Positions 26,105-34,534 of a stretch of DNA of 39,189 nucleotides are shown here, piece by piece. Source of the stretch: Blastocatellia bacterium (GTDB lineage: Bacteria > Acidobacteriota > Blastocatellia > Pyrinomonadales > Pyrinomonadaceae). The first letter of the stretch is position 1, and each line of letters starts with the position of its first letter. The notes below the pieces were generated by a model. That model searched no databases. It was given only the letters and a program-made list of their open reading frames with translations, and was not told the DNA's origin. The stretch covers positions 1 through 39,189 of the forward strand of contig JANNON010000320.1 in NCBI GenBank assembly GCA_031399105.1, read 5' to 3'. A program made the translations under genes and the position numbers.

Positions 26105-26890
26105 ATGTCCCAATTCCAGCGTTACATTGGAATCGATTACTCTGGAGCCGAAACACCGACTTCTTCATTGTCGGGTCTGCGAGTTTACGAGGCCGATCAA
26201 CACCGCCTACCTGATGAAGTGCCGCCACCACCAAGCCCTCGGAAATACTGGACCCGTCGCGGCATTGCTGAATGGCTGCGCGAACAGCTATTGAGGTCCG
26301 AACCAACGATCGTTGGAATTGACCATGCGTTCTCGTTTCCATTGCAGTACTTTGAGATGCACGGATTGCCGTTAGACTGGCCCAGTTTTCTTGAGGACTT
26401 TCGACTCCATTGGCCAACTCATGAAGATCACACCTACGTGGATTTCATTCGTGATGAGTTATGCGGCAATGGACGTGGACGAGCAGGTGATGCATGTTGG
26501 TTCCGATTAACGGAGCGATGGACAGCAGTAGCCAAGTCGGTCTTTCGGTTCGACATCCAAGGCGCAGTCGCAAAGTCGACCCACGCCGGTCTGCCGTGGC
26601 TTCTCTATCTCAGGCAACATGGTGAAGATCGAATTCACTTTTGGCCGTTCGACGGCTGGGATATTCCGACAGGAAAATCGGCTGTCGTTGAGGTGTATCC
26701 TTCGCTCTGGATGCGACGCTTTCCGAATGACGGACAGCGGAACGCGGATCAGCAAGCTGCTTACGCTGTGACGGCTTGGTTACGGCGTGCTGACCGCGAC
26801 GGTTCGCTCACACGTTACTTCCATCCGCCTCTTGACCCAAGTGAGCAATCGGTTGCCCACGTCGAAGGTTGGATTCTTGGAGTAGTATGA
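26105..26890 (+). CDS. Hypothetical protein, possibly RNase-H-like fold (DUF429-like). The assignment is weak.
   Basis: 261-aa ORF. An N-terminal IGIDYSGAE strand motif is followed by IVGIDHAFSFP, VVEVYPSLW, DQQAAYAVTAWL and a terminal EGWILGV. This pattern is reminiscent of DUF429/RNase-H-fold proteins, recalled from memory only. Confidence 0.6.
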   Translation: MSQFQRYIGIDYSGAETPTSSLSGLRVYEADQHRLPDEVPPPPSPRKYWTRRGIAEWLREQLLRSEPTIVGIDHAFSFPLQYFEMHGLPLDWPSFLEDFRLHWPTHEDHTYVDFIRDELCGNGRGRAGDACWFRLTERWTAVAKSVFRFDIQGAVAKSTHAGLPWLLYLRQHGEDRIHFWPFDGWDIPTGKSAVVEVYPSLWMRRFPNDGQRNADQQAAYAVTAWLRRADRDGSLTRYFHPPLDPSEQSVAHVEGWILGVV

Positions 26891-26983
26891 GGTTATGCAG
26901 AGGAATCGCGTCAGTTCTAGAGTATGAAATATCTAGCCGGTATGGTGATTCTTCTTCCGAAGACATGGTGAAGGTACATATTG

Positions 26984-27484
26984 ATGGAAGGACTCGAAAA
27001 GAGAAAGACCCGAGATCCCGTTTCAGAAGTGCGGTTGGAACTGGAAAAGACTGACATACCGCATGATGTCTTACCGAGGGGCGATAAGGGCGAACGTCTG
27101 ATCCTGCCTACTCATGCACGACTCTTAGTTCGTGATGAAGGCCTCAGGGTTGAGATGATCGTTCGAGATCCAGAAGATGAGTATTGGCCGGATTTTGACT
27201 ATGAAAACCCGCCTATTGCGTTTATCCATCTACCCAAAGAGGAAATTCTCCGTCTAATTGTTGGAGGACGACTCTACGGAAGGGGATCATACCCCACCGC
27301 GATTCTTGTTATCAGCGATCCTGGCGACGTAGTAGATTCACTCTCGTTAACATTTGCATCGACAGATCCCAATAACCCTGAATATTGGACTAAGGCACTT
27401 GCAAAGATGTTACGGGAGCGATTAAGCGTCGAAATCGAAGCTGTTAATGAGCCTCCTGACGACGAGCCCTACATCCCTTTCTGA
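26984..27484 (+). CDS. Hypothetical protein with no recognisable motif and an acidic C-terminus.
   Basis: 166-aa ORF counted from the ATG at 26984 (a TTG lies at 26981). GAAGG lies ~10 nt upstream. It is on the same strand as the preceding gene and 93 nt downstream of it. Confidence 0.55.
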   Translation: MEGLEKRKTRDPVSEVRLELEKTDIPHDVLPRGDKGERLILPTHARLLVRDEGLRVEMIVRDPEDEYWPDFDYENPPIAFIHLPKEEILRLIVGGRLYGRGSYPTAILVISDPGDVVDSLSLTFASTDPNNPEYWTKALAKMLRERLSVEIEAVNEPPDDEPYIPF

Positions 27485-27693
27485 GCAACGAGATCAGTGT
27501 CACGGCACACTTGAAGGATTGTATGTTCGGCTGCCCCTTACAAGACTTGCCAAGAACAGGCAATCGCTTCCGAGCGAGTTGGAATAGTTAACAGACTGGG
27601 CTACTTCTTTGAGGCGAGTGTTTGTTAAGACACGCGTGGCTGAAAAACATTACGGGAGAAAGCGCTCTTGAACTCCTCACGTACCAGGCCAGG

Positions 27694-30051
27694 CTAGAAG
27701 GGAGCTGTCCCATCGTCGTCATCGTCACCTGCCGCAAGCGGTTCGACCTCCGCAGGAACCGCTTGTTCCACCACTGCGGGTTGGAGTGGCTCTTCAACCG
27801 CTTTCCATTGCTTATTCAATTCCTCGCTAGCTTTTTTCTTTGCAGGATCTTCTGCGATCTGAAAGATCACAGGACGTTCACTCTTGATGCCCTTGCCAAA
27901 ACCGATCGCTTGAAATCTCTTCAGATTAGGTATGGCTGTCACATGCGTTGTATTGAAAACATTGGCTAAGTATCTGAGGCCAGTTTCATCATACATCGCA
28001 AAGGACAGAACTGTGTTGCACTGCGAAAGCAATGTTTTGCTAACAAGGGCAGTTCTTTGAGAAATCAATAATAAGCCAACTCCATATTTTCGCCCCTGCA
28101 ATGCGATCTGGGCGGTGCGCCCCAAAACCGATTCTGTTTCACTGCGATCATATCGTCCATACACATTCATTTCTGGCACGACGGTGTGAGCTTCCTCCAA
28201 TACGATTAAGACACGGCGCGCACGTCGATACTTTCTCGCCCAATCAAAGATAGATGACAAATACATTTCCGTGATACGAAGAGTTGCACGGCTGTTCGCA
28301 ATGTCGTCAAGCTGAAGTATGCCGAGTGCTGCGTGTTCTGGCTCAAGGAATAATCTCACTTCCTCTTCAATTTTTGGTTTCAATTCATCAATCGCTTCCT
28401 TGAGTGCGGCCTTTTCTTTTCCAGCCGCGAATTCGCCGGTTTCGACATCAAAGATCTTTTGATTAAGTCTCTCAGAATCTTCTTCCTCAAGCCCCATTAT
28501 TTCGGGATTAAGGTCCTTGAGTCGCTGCTCGTATTCAGCAGTCAGATCGACGCAGAAGACCTTAAAACCGCGCTGAAGAGCAAAGCGGATAATATCGTAC
28601 GCAAGCTCGGTCTTTCCTGTGCCAGTTACGCCGAGAATTGCAGTGTGATATTCAGTCAGATCATTCAGATTCGCGCCGATTGCTATCTTGGAGTGTGGAA
28701 GCGTTCCTATAGCAAATTCCTCCTCACCAAGGTTGGTCGTTAGTTCGGTTGATTCGCTCACAAGAAAGACCGGGGAGTTCATTGCGGGAAGCCATCCGTA
28801 CTTCAGAAATCCGCGACTTGAATCGAAAACTCCGAGCTGTTCGGCCGAGGCCAGGTGCCGTCCCAGCGGATTTTGAGAGAAACTCTCCTCATCGGTGGCA
28901 GCATTTATTATTTGGTAATAGATCCTTGCGGGTTTCGAATCCTCGGTCTGCAAGATTGAAACAAGCATACCTTCTCTTAGTGTCGCATTCGAGGAAACTT
29001 CGAACTTGATTTGAGGTATTGTTGAATTCTCAACGACAAATCCAATTAGCTCACCTCCGTCTTCACCACCGCATAGTTCCAGCATCACGTCGGCTTTCTT
29101 TCGGCCAGAAGGGTTCAAAAAAACCTGGCCGGGTTTGGCGCCTTCCATTCTCTCTGCCAGCTCCGAATGGCATATGCCAGTTCCCACCAACTCTGCATCC
29201 TGAGTCTGAACAAACAATGGAAGTACTTCTACATGCTTCGAGTTTGCCAAACACGCCGCATGAAGATTCTCTCGATCCCAACTCTCTGCTGACCTAAGCC
29301 TAACTCTCAAGATACCTGGTGAGTCGATTCGCAGAATTTCACCGATCGATTTGCTTTTTGGATCTTTTGACTTCGCCGCTCGAAAATCGCCAATGAGATG
29401 GAGGACCAACTCAACAGGGCGCAGGAAAATTAGAATTGACCAGGCAAATAACAACCACAGTTGTTGAATCGGCGCGTCCTGATAAAAACCAAGGATTGAA
29501 ATTAGAACAGCCGGCGTGAAGATAATTGCGCCTTGCCCGAATCGTTCCGCAACCCTATAGGTGACCCGCGAGAAATATAAATGTGTCGGACCTGCATCGC
29601 GATCAGTTCGATGCAAGAAAATAGCCGCCACACCGACCACGCTTGTGAGACCTGCGACGCTAAGTGCGAGCCACCTAAATAGATTCAGTTGGGACTGACC
29701 TTGGGCTATCGCAGTCGGGTCGGTTACTCCAAGTTGCAACGCCGCCGCGGCGCTTCTTGCAACCGCATCCCTGGGTTTGACGAAAAATGGCGCGGATAGA
29801 CGAGTGAAAAACCAGAGCGCGATTGAACTAAAAAACCAGAGGCTCTTTCCGCCGCTTGGAGGAATCCACACACCAGTTATGAGTTTACACACGACCAACA
29901 AGGCCGCGATGTAGATCGCGAGCACTAAAACCCGTTCCGGGAGCTTCAGATAATCTTTCACAATTCGTTTCCCCTGTACGAGCGTCAGCAACAGACTCTT
30001 AAAGTTGATCGGAGTAAGGCACGATTGACTGACACTATGCCCAAGGCCCAT
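27694..30051 (-). CDS. Membrane-anchored HerA/FtsK-superfamily ATPase (DUF87-like). It has an N-terminal multi-pass TM domain and two HAS-barrel-like segments.
   Basis: Walker A is AILGVTGTGKTELA (nt ~28611-28640). Walker B is RVLIVLEEAHTVVPE (~28186-28212). The HerA-type C-terminal block is IALQGRKYGVGLLLISQRTALVSKTLLSQCNTVLSF. Hydrophobic segments include VLVLAIYIAALLVVCKLITGV, SLWFFSSIALWFFTRL, WLALSVAGLTSVVGVAAIFL, AIIFTPAVLISILGF and LWLLFAWSILIFL. The tail is acidic (AAGDDDDDG). The ORF is open up to a TTG at 30258, with an ATG at 30204. I prefer the ATG at 30051 because the upstream 69 codons look non-protein-like and would overlap the divergent gene. Confidence 0.85.
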   Translation of the reverse strand: MGLGHSVSQSCLTPINFKSLLLTLVQGKRIVKDYLKLPERVLVLAIYIAALLVVCKLITGVWIPPSGGKSLWFFSSIALWFFTRLSAPFFVKPRDAVARSAAAALQLGVTDPTAIAQGQSQLNLFRWLALSVAGLTSVVGVAAIFLHRTDRDAGPTHLYFSRVTYRVAERFGQGAIIFTPAVLISILGFYQDAPIQQLWLLFAWSILIFLRPVELVLHLIGDFRAAKSKDPKSKSIGEILRIDSPGILRVRLRSAESWDRENLHAACLANSKHVEVLPLFVQTQDAELVGTGICHSELAERMEGAKPGQVFLNPSGRKKADVMLELCGGEDGGELIGFVVENSTIPQIKFEVSSNATLREGMLVSILQTEDSKPARIYYQIINAATDEESFSQNPLGRHLASAEQLGVFDSSRGFLKYGWLPAMNSPVFLVSESTELTTNLGEEEFAIGTLPHSKIAIGANLNDLTEYHTAILGVTGTGKTELAYDIIRFALQRGFKVFCVDLTAEYEQRLKDLNPEIMGLEEEDSERLNQKIFDVETGEFAAGKEKAALKEAIDELKPKIEEEVRLFLEPEHAALGILQLDDIANSRATLRITEMYLSSIFDWARKYRRARRVLIVLEEAHTVVPEMNVYGRYDRSETESVLGRTAQIALQGRKYGVGLLLISQRTALVSKTLLSQCNTVLSFAMYDETGLRYLANVFNTTHVTAIPNLKRFQAIGFGKGIKSERPVIFQIAEDPAKKKASEELNKQWKAVEEPLQPAVVEQAVPAEVEPLAAGDDDDDGTAPF

Positions 30052-30258
30052 TTGCGAGTCAAACCCATTACATTGACCTCTTCGACGACCGCGCCACCGG
30101 TACGAAAATCGCGTTAACGACGGCAACTCGCCAAAATACGCACCTGAAGCCAAGTCCGTGAATGCGGCATAATGGTGTTTCGGTATTAGACTGACACGAC
30201 TCATTATGACCAACGCGGCAAAGGTGTGCACATGTACCGCGATTTGGAGGTTCGACAA

Positions 30259-30789
30259 ATGCTTTTTGGGAATCCAATATTTGAAATAGCGGTCTATCGA
30301 AAATCACCGCGCGAATTAGAGGCTGAATATGACACCGCATTGACGAAGCATCTTCGGTCGTTGGAACCTCAATATCCATTGATCCAAATCGATAGCGCGA
30401 AGTACCAGGGCTTGCGGTTCATTCGCAATCAATTTTGGGAGCAGCACGGTGAGCCATATCCGTATAATCAAGCAGTAGGCTGGGTTGTTCTATTTGCGAT
30501 GCGAGATCAGGTGTTTGCTGAATACTATAAAATCACAGAAAAGAGACTGACTCGAAATTGCAGACGACATCGAGTCAAAGGGCAAGGAAGGTGTTTTGCG
30601 ATTCCTCTTGCCGGGAATGAAACAAGCAAACAGATCATCGCCGAGATCACTGAAGAGTTGCGCCTGCTATCTGCCGAGAGTCCATTCAAAGGACGCTATG
30701 TCGATAGGGCGGCTTTTACACGCATCGCTTCTTATATTAATTGGAGGAAGTTGATCAGAGAGAGTAGTTCGGCTGTTGTCACGTCATGA
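30259..30789 (+). CDS. Hypothetical protein (176 aa). It is the first gene of the plus-strand operon that runs divergent from the HerA-like gene.
   Basis: The ORF is open from a GTG at 30226. The ATG at 30259 is preceded by GGAGG with an 8-nt spacer. I recognise no motif. Confidence 0.65.
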   Translation: MLFGNPIFEIAVYRKSPRELEAEYDTALTKHLRSLEPQYPLIQIDSAKYQGLRFIRNQFWEQHGEPYPYNQAVGWVVLFAMRDQVFAEYYKITEKRLTRNCRRHRVKGQGRCFAIPLAGNETSKQIIAEITEELRLLSAESPFKGRYVDRAAFTRIASYINWRKLIRESSSAVVTS

Positions 30790-30822
30790 CACTCGCACCG
30801 TCGAAAGTAGATGTAATCTCTT

Positions 30823-31367
30823 ATGACTGACAGACCTATTCCACCAGAGCATGAGATTGCCCGTGAAGCACAGCATCAGGTTGAGGGTAAACTGAGACCT
30901 CGCATTCCAACACGCCTTGGTGAAGGCGATGATTATGGCTTGATGCATTTGTACAGCATGTAATTCCCGGTCTCCCGTCAATCAGAACAAATCTGCTATT
31001 TGGTTTACAGGTGAAGGGAAGCGGGAAGGAGTTTGCATCGACTCATAGTGAGACGCTTAGAGTTGCTCATCTTTTGGACTGGCAAACATCACAGACCGAA
31101 GTGATTGTTGCGGTTCATTCAGTTGCCTCAGGTCAAACGCGCTGGCGAGGGTCTCGGGACATAGCACAAGAGCTAGATCTGATACGCCCCGAGTGGAGGA
31201 GCCAGATGACCGTGAACGCTCCCTTTCGTGAAACGGACGAGAGGACCGGAGAGGAACTTCACGGTTGGCTAAGTCGAACCATTGAGCGCGTTGCCGATGC
31301 ATTCGGGCGGCAAGGATCGCCTCCACAGATCGCTACGCTCTGTTCTACTTACAGAGCTTTACCATGA
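30823..31367 (+). pseudogene. DUF4365-like PD-(D/E)xK nuclease-domain gene interrupted by a frameshift near 30938.
   Basis: Frame 1 reads MTDRPIPPEHEIAREAQHQVEGKLRPRIPTRLGEGDDYG and then stops 8 codons later. The frame of ORF 31011-31367 is open from 30933. It continues LDAFVQHVIPGLPSIRTNLLFGLQVKGSGKEF. Joined, this gives DDYG-LDAF...LQVKGS, i.e. the DYGxD...QxK signature. Confidence 0.6.
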
Positions 31368-31443
31368 TTACGCCTGGACCGGTCAGCATGGAGGTTTAGC
31401 TGAGTCACCCGGAGGGCCGGCAGTTGGAAGGTTTGTAACGGGA

Positions 31444-32550
31444 ATGCAGTGGGAGAAAGGGGAGATCGACGATCGGGCGGTACTCGCTTCTCGTGTGCTT
31501 ACGGGAGCACTAATGCTTTTTGAGCAAGTCTTTTTTCCCGCAGAGTTGCTCTATGCGGCCGTAGGCAGTTTGGGCGCGGACCTCTTTGATCAGCTTCTCT
31601 CGAATGAGCGGGTTGTACCAGTCATACTGCCAAGCCAAGATTTGGCATTCGTGACAGGAAGTGAGGAGCGTGGCGACCTCTACTTCTTCGACGTGAATAT
31701 GCTTGAAGTACAAGACCGTGGCCTTTCAGCGATACGGAAGAAGTATGGCCTGACTAGTTCGTTCGCTATGAGGGTCAAACAGGCTACGCGAAAGCTTGAG
31801 TTACCAGACCGAACCACAAAAGAGCTTCTAGAAGTATCCAAGCTGGACTATATCCGCGAACTCGTTGGACTCGGAGCACCACGAGCACAATCGAAGGAAC
31901 CTAGCTGGGCAGCTGAAAGGCTGCTCCGCATTGGGAATGTCGTGAAATTCTACTCGATGGCGGAATTACTTTCCGTCGACATCGTCGAGTTTGAGCCTGG
32001 CCTGGCACGGCTCGCCCTTGCAAGGTGGGGCAGCCACGTGCGCTTCCATCGCCTCTATCAAGCACTCGATGAACTTGAAGCGACGCTACGCGCCTCCGCT
32101 CTTCCTGACATGGGTCTATTGGCGGCTCAAATCGGAGTACGCCGATGCGTGGAGATCTCCGAATCCAAGGAAGGTGAAGACCTTCGGTCATGGTTTTGGA
32201 AGGCTGCCGGCGAGTCAATCTCAAAGACAGGCACTTTTGAAAACGAGGTCGCCAAGGCCATTAGATCCCTGTGTAATTCAGACATCCCGTTACCAGCGGA
32301 ATTTCTTATTGGTTTGAGTGCCGAAAGCGGCTCAACGGCTGAGGGCTGGGCTTCGAGAACCGGAGGAAAACTTGCGTTACAGAGGCAGAAGCAATTCAGC
32401 GCAAAGCGGCTCCGCCGCGAATTGCAAAAGAGGCGCATTCCTGAACCCGCCTTATTGGATCCCTGCATCTGCGATAGCGGGTTGACGTTCGCTTCTTGTT
32501 GCGCAAAGGTATTTGATAACGAGGCGTACCGAACCGGCACCTCGGAATGA
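31444..32550 (+). CDS. Hypothetical protein with a C-terminal SEC-C-type Cys motif.
   Basis: The ORF is open from 31273, with a TTG at 31282 and an ATG at 31297. The first start after the upstream stop is the ATG at 31444. The C-terminus DPCICDSGLTFASCCAKVF matches the CxC-SG-x5-CC SEC-C metal-binding pattern. The 5' end is uncertain. Confidence 0.7.
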   Translation: MQWEKGEIDDRAVLASRVLTGALMLFEQVFFPAELLYAAVGSLGADLFDQLLSNERVVPVILPSQDLAFVTGSEERGDLYFFDVNMLEVQDRGLSAIRKKYGLTSSFAMRVKQATRKLELPDRTTKELLEVSKLDYIRELVGLGAPRAQSKEPSWAAERLLRIGNVVKFYSMAELLSVDIVEFEPGLARLALARWGSHVRFHRLYQALDELEATLRASALPDMGLLAAQIGVRRCVEISESKEGEDLRSWFWKAAGESISKTGTFENEVAKAIRSLCNSDIPLPAEFLIGLSAESGSTAEGWASRTGGKLALQRQKQFSAKRLRRELQKRRIPEPALLDPCICDSGLTFASCCAKVFDNEAYRTGTSE

Positions 32551-32604
32551 TGGGGTGACTTGGCTTTCCTTCCAACACCGGTCGATGAGGATCTACGTGG
32601 AAAA

Positions 32605-33321
32605 ATGAGCAACGACGACTCGGTTAACTTAGATGAAGTTATTGTTACCGGATTAGAGCCTCGAACTTGGTACGCATTTGTCCAGGGTCAGCTTGAGCTA
32701 CTGCGCGGTCATGTTCAAGAACGGGAGCAGCAAATTGATGAATCCGTAAAGGCTTATGAAAAGGGGAGAAGGGGTACGGATGTCGAACAGAGTGATGATG
32801 GGTATCCAATTGTAATCCTGGAAGAATATAGCGGAATTGAAGGTCCCCCCAATGAGCTAGAGGACATTTTCAAATACTATTATCCAAATCTACAACGGCG
32901 AAGCATTTTGATTGTCTTGTTTTCATTTTTGGAACATCAGCTAGATCAACTGTGCCAGCTATTTGCCAAGGAGCAACGGTTAAAGATCATTCACACAGAT
33001 TTGAGGGGCAAAGGTATTGATCGGACGCGCCTCTATTTACAAAAGGTCATAGGTTTACGCCTCGATGGTTCTCACGTATGGCAGGAAATCAAGCGAATTC
33101 AAAAAGTAAGAAATGTAATTGTGCACAACGATGCGAAGTTGGCCGGTGCCGACAAAGACCTCACCGAATACGTCCAAAGAACAACTGGGCTGTCTCGAGT
33201 TAGCAACTCGTACTATGACGGCGACATGGATGAAGTCGACATTCTGGATGGATATTTGCTTCACGTGCTTGAGACAATTGATTCGTATTGCGGTGAAGTG
33301 AATAAGGAAATCACGTCGTAG
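32605..33321 (+). CDS. HEPN-superfamily protein (predicted RNase) with an Rx4H motif.
   Basis: 238 aa counted from the ATG at 32605; the ORF is open from a TTG at 32560. The C-terminal helical domain is RRSILIVLFSFLEHQLDQLC...WQEIKRIQKVRNVIVHNDAKL. It contains R-N-V-I-V-H (Rx4H) in the context typical of Abi/RiboL-PSP-type HEPN domains. Confidence 0.7.
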   Translation: MSNDDSVNLDEVIVTGLEPRTWYAFVQGQLELLRGHVQEREQQIDESVKAYEKGRRGTDVEQSDDGYPIVILEEYSGIEGPPNELEDIFKYYYPNLQRRSILIVLFSFLEHQLDQLCQLFAKEQRLKIIHTDLRGKGIDRTRLYLQKVIGLRLDGSHVWQEIKRIQKVRNVIVHNDAKLAGADKDLTEYVQRTTGLSRVSNSYYDGDMDEVDILDGYLLHVLETIDSYCGEVNKEITS

Positions 33322-33322
33322 A

Positions 33323-34393
33323 CTATCGTATCGCCTCGACATTCGCCCTGAGCTTATTTGCTAACTCGCCAAACGTAAGAGCATCTCGCGGCTCGGGTGT
33401 TTGGAGGTTCCCGCCAAAGGTCACGGAAAAGTGCCATTTCTTTAATGAGAAGAAACTCTCTCTGTCTGATTCACTCAGTTTTCCCATTTGAAACAGGGCA
33501 TTGGCAACTTCACTTGGATTGTCGCCCTCCCCCGTTTGCATTAACAATTGGTTCCTCGTTCCGGCGTCGAGAATGGCTCTGACAAGTTCGTTCCACTTCT
33601 CGGTTATTGCCTGACGAGGCGACAGTGTGGCAAGTTCACGGAACTGGTCATCAGCACGATCCTGGCTTCGCCGTATGACACCTCCTGTGATTACCTCCAA
33701 GAGACCATCGACCACAGTTTGAATTCCGTCGCTCCATTTGAGCGCCACCACGTCAGCTAAAAGCAAAAACTGATCCCGAACGTCCTCTAAGTTAACATCG
33801 TACCAAACCGGAAGGATTACTTTCTGGCTTGCGCTCTGTTTTTGAGCGAGCGCTTGTAGTTCACGTTTGGGCCAGTCCTTTCGAAAGAATGCGGGCGATA
33901 GTATGACAACGCCAAACTTAGATTTGCGTAGCCCAAGATCGATTGAAGACATTAACGAGTCTCCAACCTTCAAGGCGAAAGTGTCATACCACACCGATAG
34001 TCCCGCTTTCATGAGAGCCCTAGAGAGCGGTTCTGCGACTGCTTCTTTGTCTTCCGTAGCGTGCGAGATAAAAACATCCCACGACTGGAAATCGGCACTG
34101 TTGACGTCGGGCGGCTGCAAAGCGGGAGTCGTGACAGTTTGAGAAAGGTGTGAGTGGATTTTCAGAATATAGTCCATATCCGCCAACAAAGTTCTAAGGT
34201 AACGACTTGGAATATGGCCTTTGATTAATCCATTCCCTGTGTCGGTTGGGACGCCAGGGAGTTCGCGTACTGGTAAGTCAGCAAACAGCTCTGGATCAAT
34301 TAGCCTGAATTCATCGCGTAGCGCGGCATATCGGTTAAAGAATTCCAGAGTAAGGTCAGCGCTGTAATGCAAATCAGACCAATCGAAACTCAC
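33323..34393 (-). CDS. TIR-domain protein with unknown flanking domains. The ORF as drawn starts at a GTG, but the frame is open for 47 more codons up to an in-frame TAG.
   Basis: The TIR core is WDVFISHATEDKEAVAEPLSRALMKAGLSVWYDTFALKVGDSLMSSIDLGLRKSKFGVVILSPAFFRKDWPKRELQAL...VILPVWYDV. It includes the W..E catalytic-Glu context. GGAGA lies 5 nt upstream of the GTG. Confidence 0.85.
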   Translation of the reverse strand: MSFDWSDLHYSADLTLEFFNRYAALRDEFRLIDPELFADLPVRELPGVPTDTGNGLIKGHIPSRYLRTLLADMDYILKIHSHLSQTVTTPALQPPDVNSADFQSWDVFISHATEDKEAVAEPLSRALMKAGLSVWYDTFALKVGDSLMSSIDLGLRKSKFGVVILSPAFFRKDWPKRELQALAQKQSASQKVILPVWYDVNLEDVRDQFLLLADVVALKWSDGIQTVVDGLLEVITGGVIRRSQDRADDQFRELATLSPRQAITEKWNELVRAILDAGTRNQLLMQTGEGDNPSEVANALFQMGKLSESDRESFFSLKKWHFSVTFGGNLQTPEPRDALTFGELANKLRANVEAIR

Positions 34394-34534
34394 GGCGTCT
34401 CCGACTTGATCTCTTAGGGCTGATAACTTTGCGAGCGCACGTTTTCGATTGGTTGCCGCTGTAGCTTGGGACGCGACTGAGCCCTTTTCCGCCAGCCAGT
34501 TTAGCCGCCGACGGACCAGAGCTAAGTGGGAGAC

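Noticed and set aside
27622-27969. 115-aa plus-strand ORF at the 3' end of the HerA-like gene.
   Set aside because: It is antisense to the conserved C-terminal part of the ATPase ORF and has no motif.
30052-30258. Upstream TTG (30258) or ATG (30204) as the start of the HerA-like gene.
   Set aside because: The extra 18-69 residues (for example SYRWRGRRRGQCNG) look non-protein-like. The TTG start would overlap the divergent gene and its GGAGG ribosome site. It is kept only as an alternative, because no start has a clear SD.
30784-30981. 65-aa minus-strand ORF between the 176-aa gene and ORF 31011.
   Set aside because: It is antisense to the N-terminal piece of the DUF4365-like gene (30823-30963), which carries a recognisable motif.
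32548-32607. Stop-codon readthrough joining the SEC-C protein to the HEPN protein (same frame, TGA, then 3 codons to a TTG).
   Set aside because: SEC-C motifs normally sit at the extreme C-terminus, so the TGA is a natural end. A good ATG at 32605 begins the HEPN protein. A shared frame is expected by chance one time in three.
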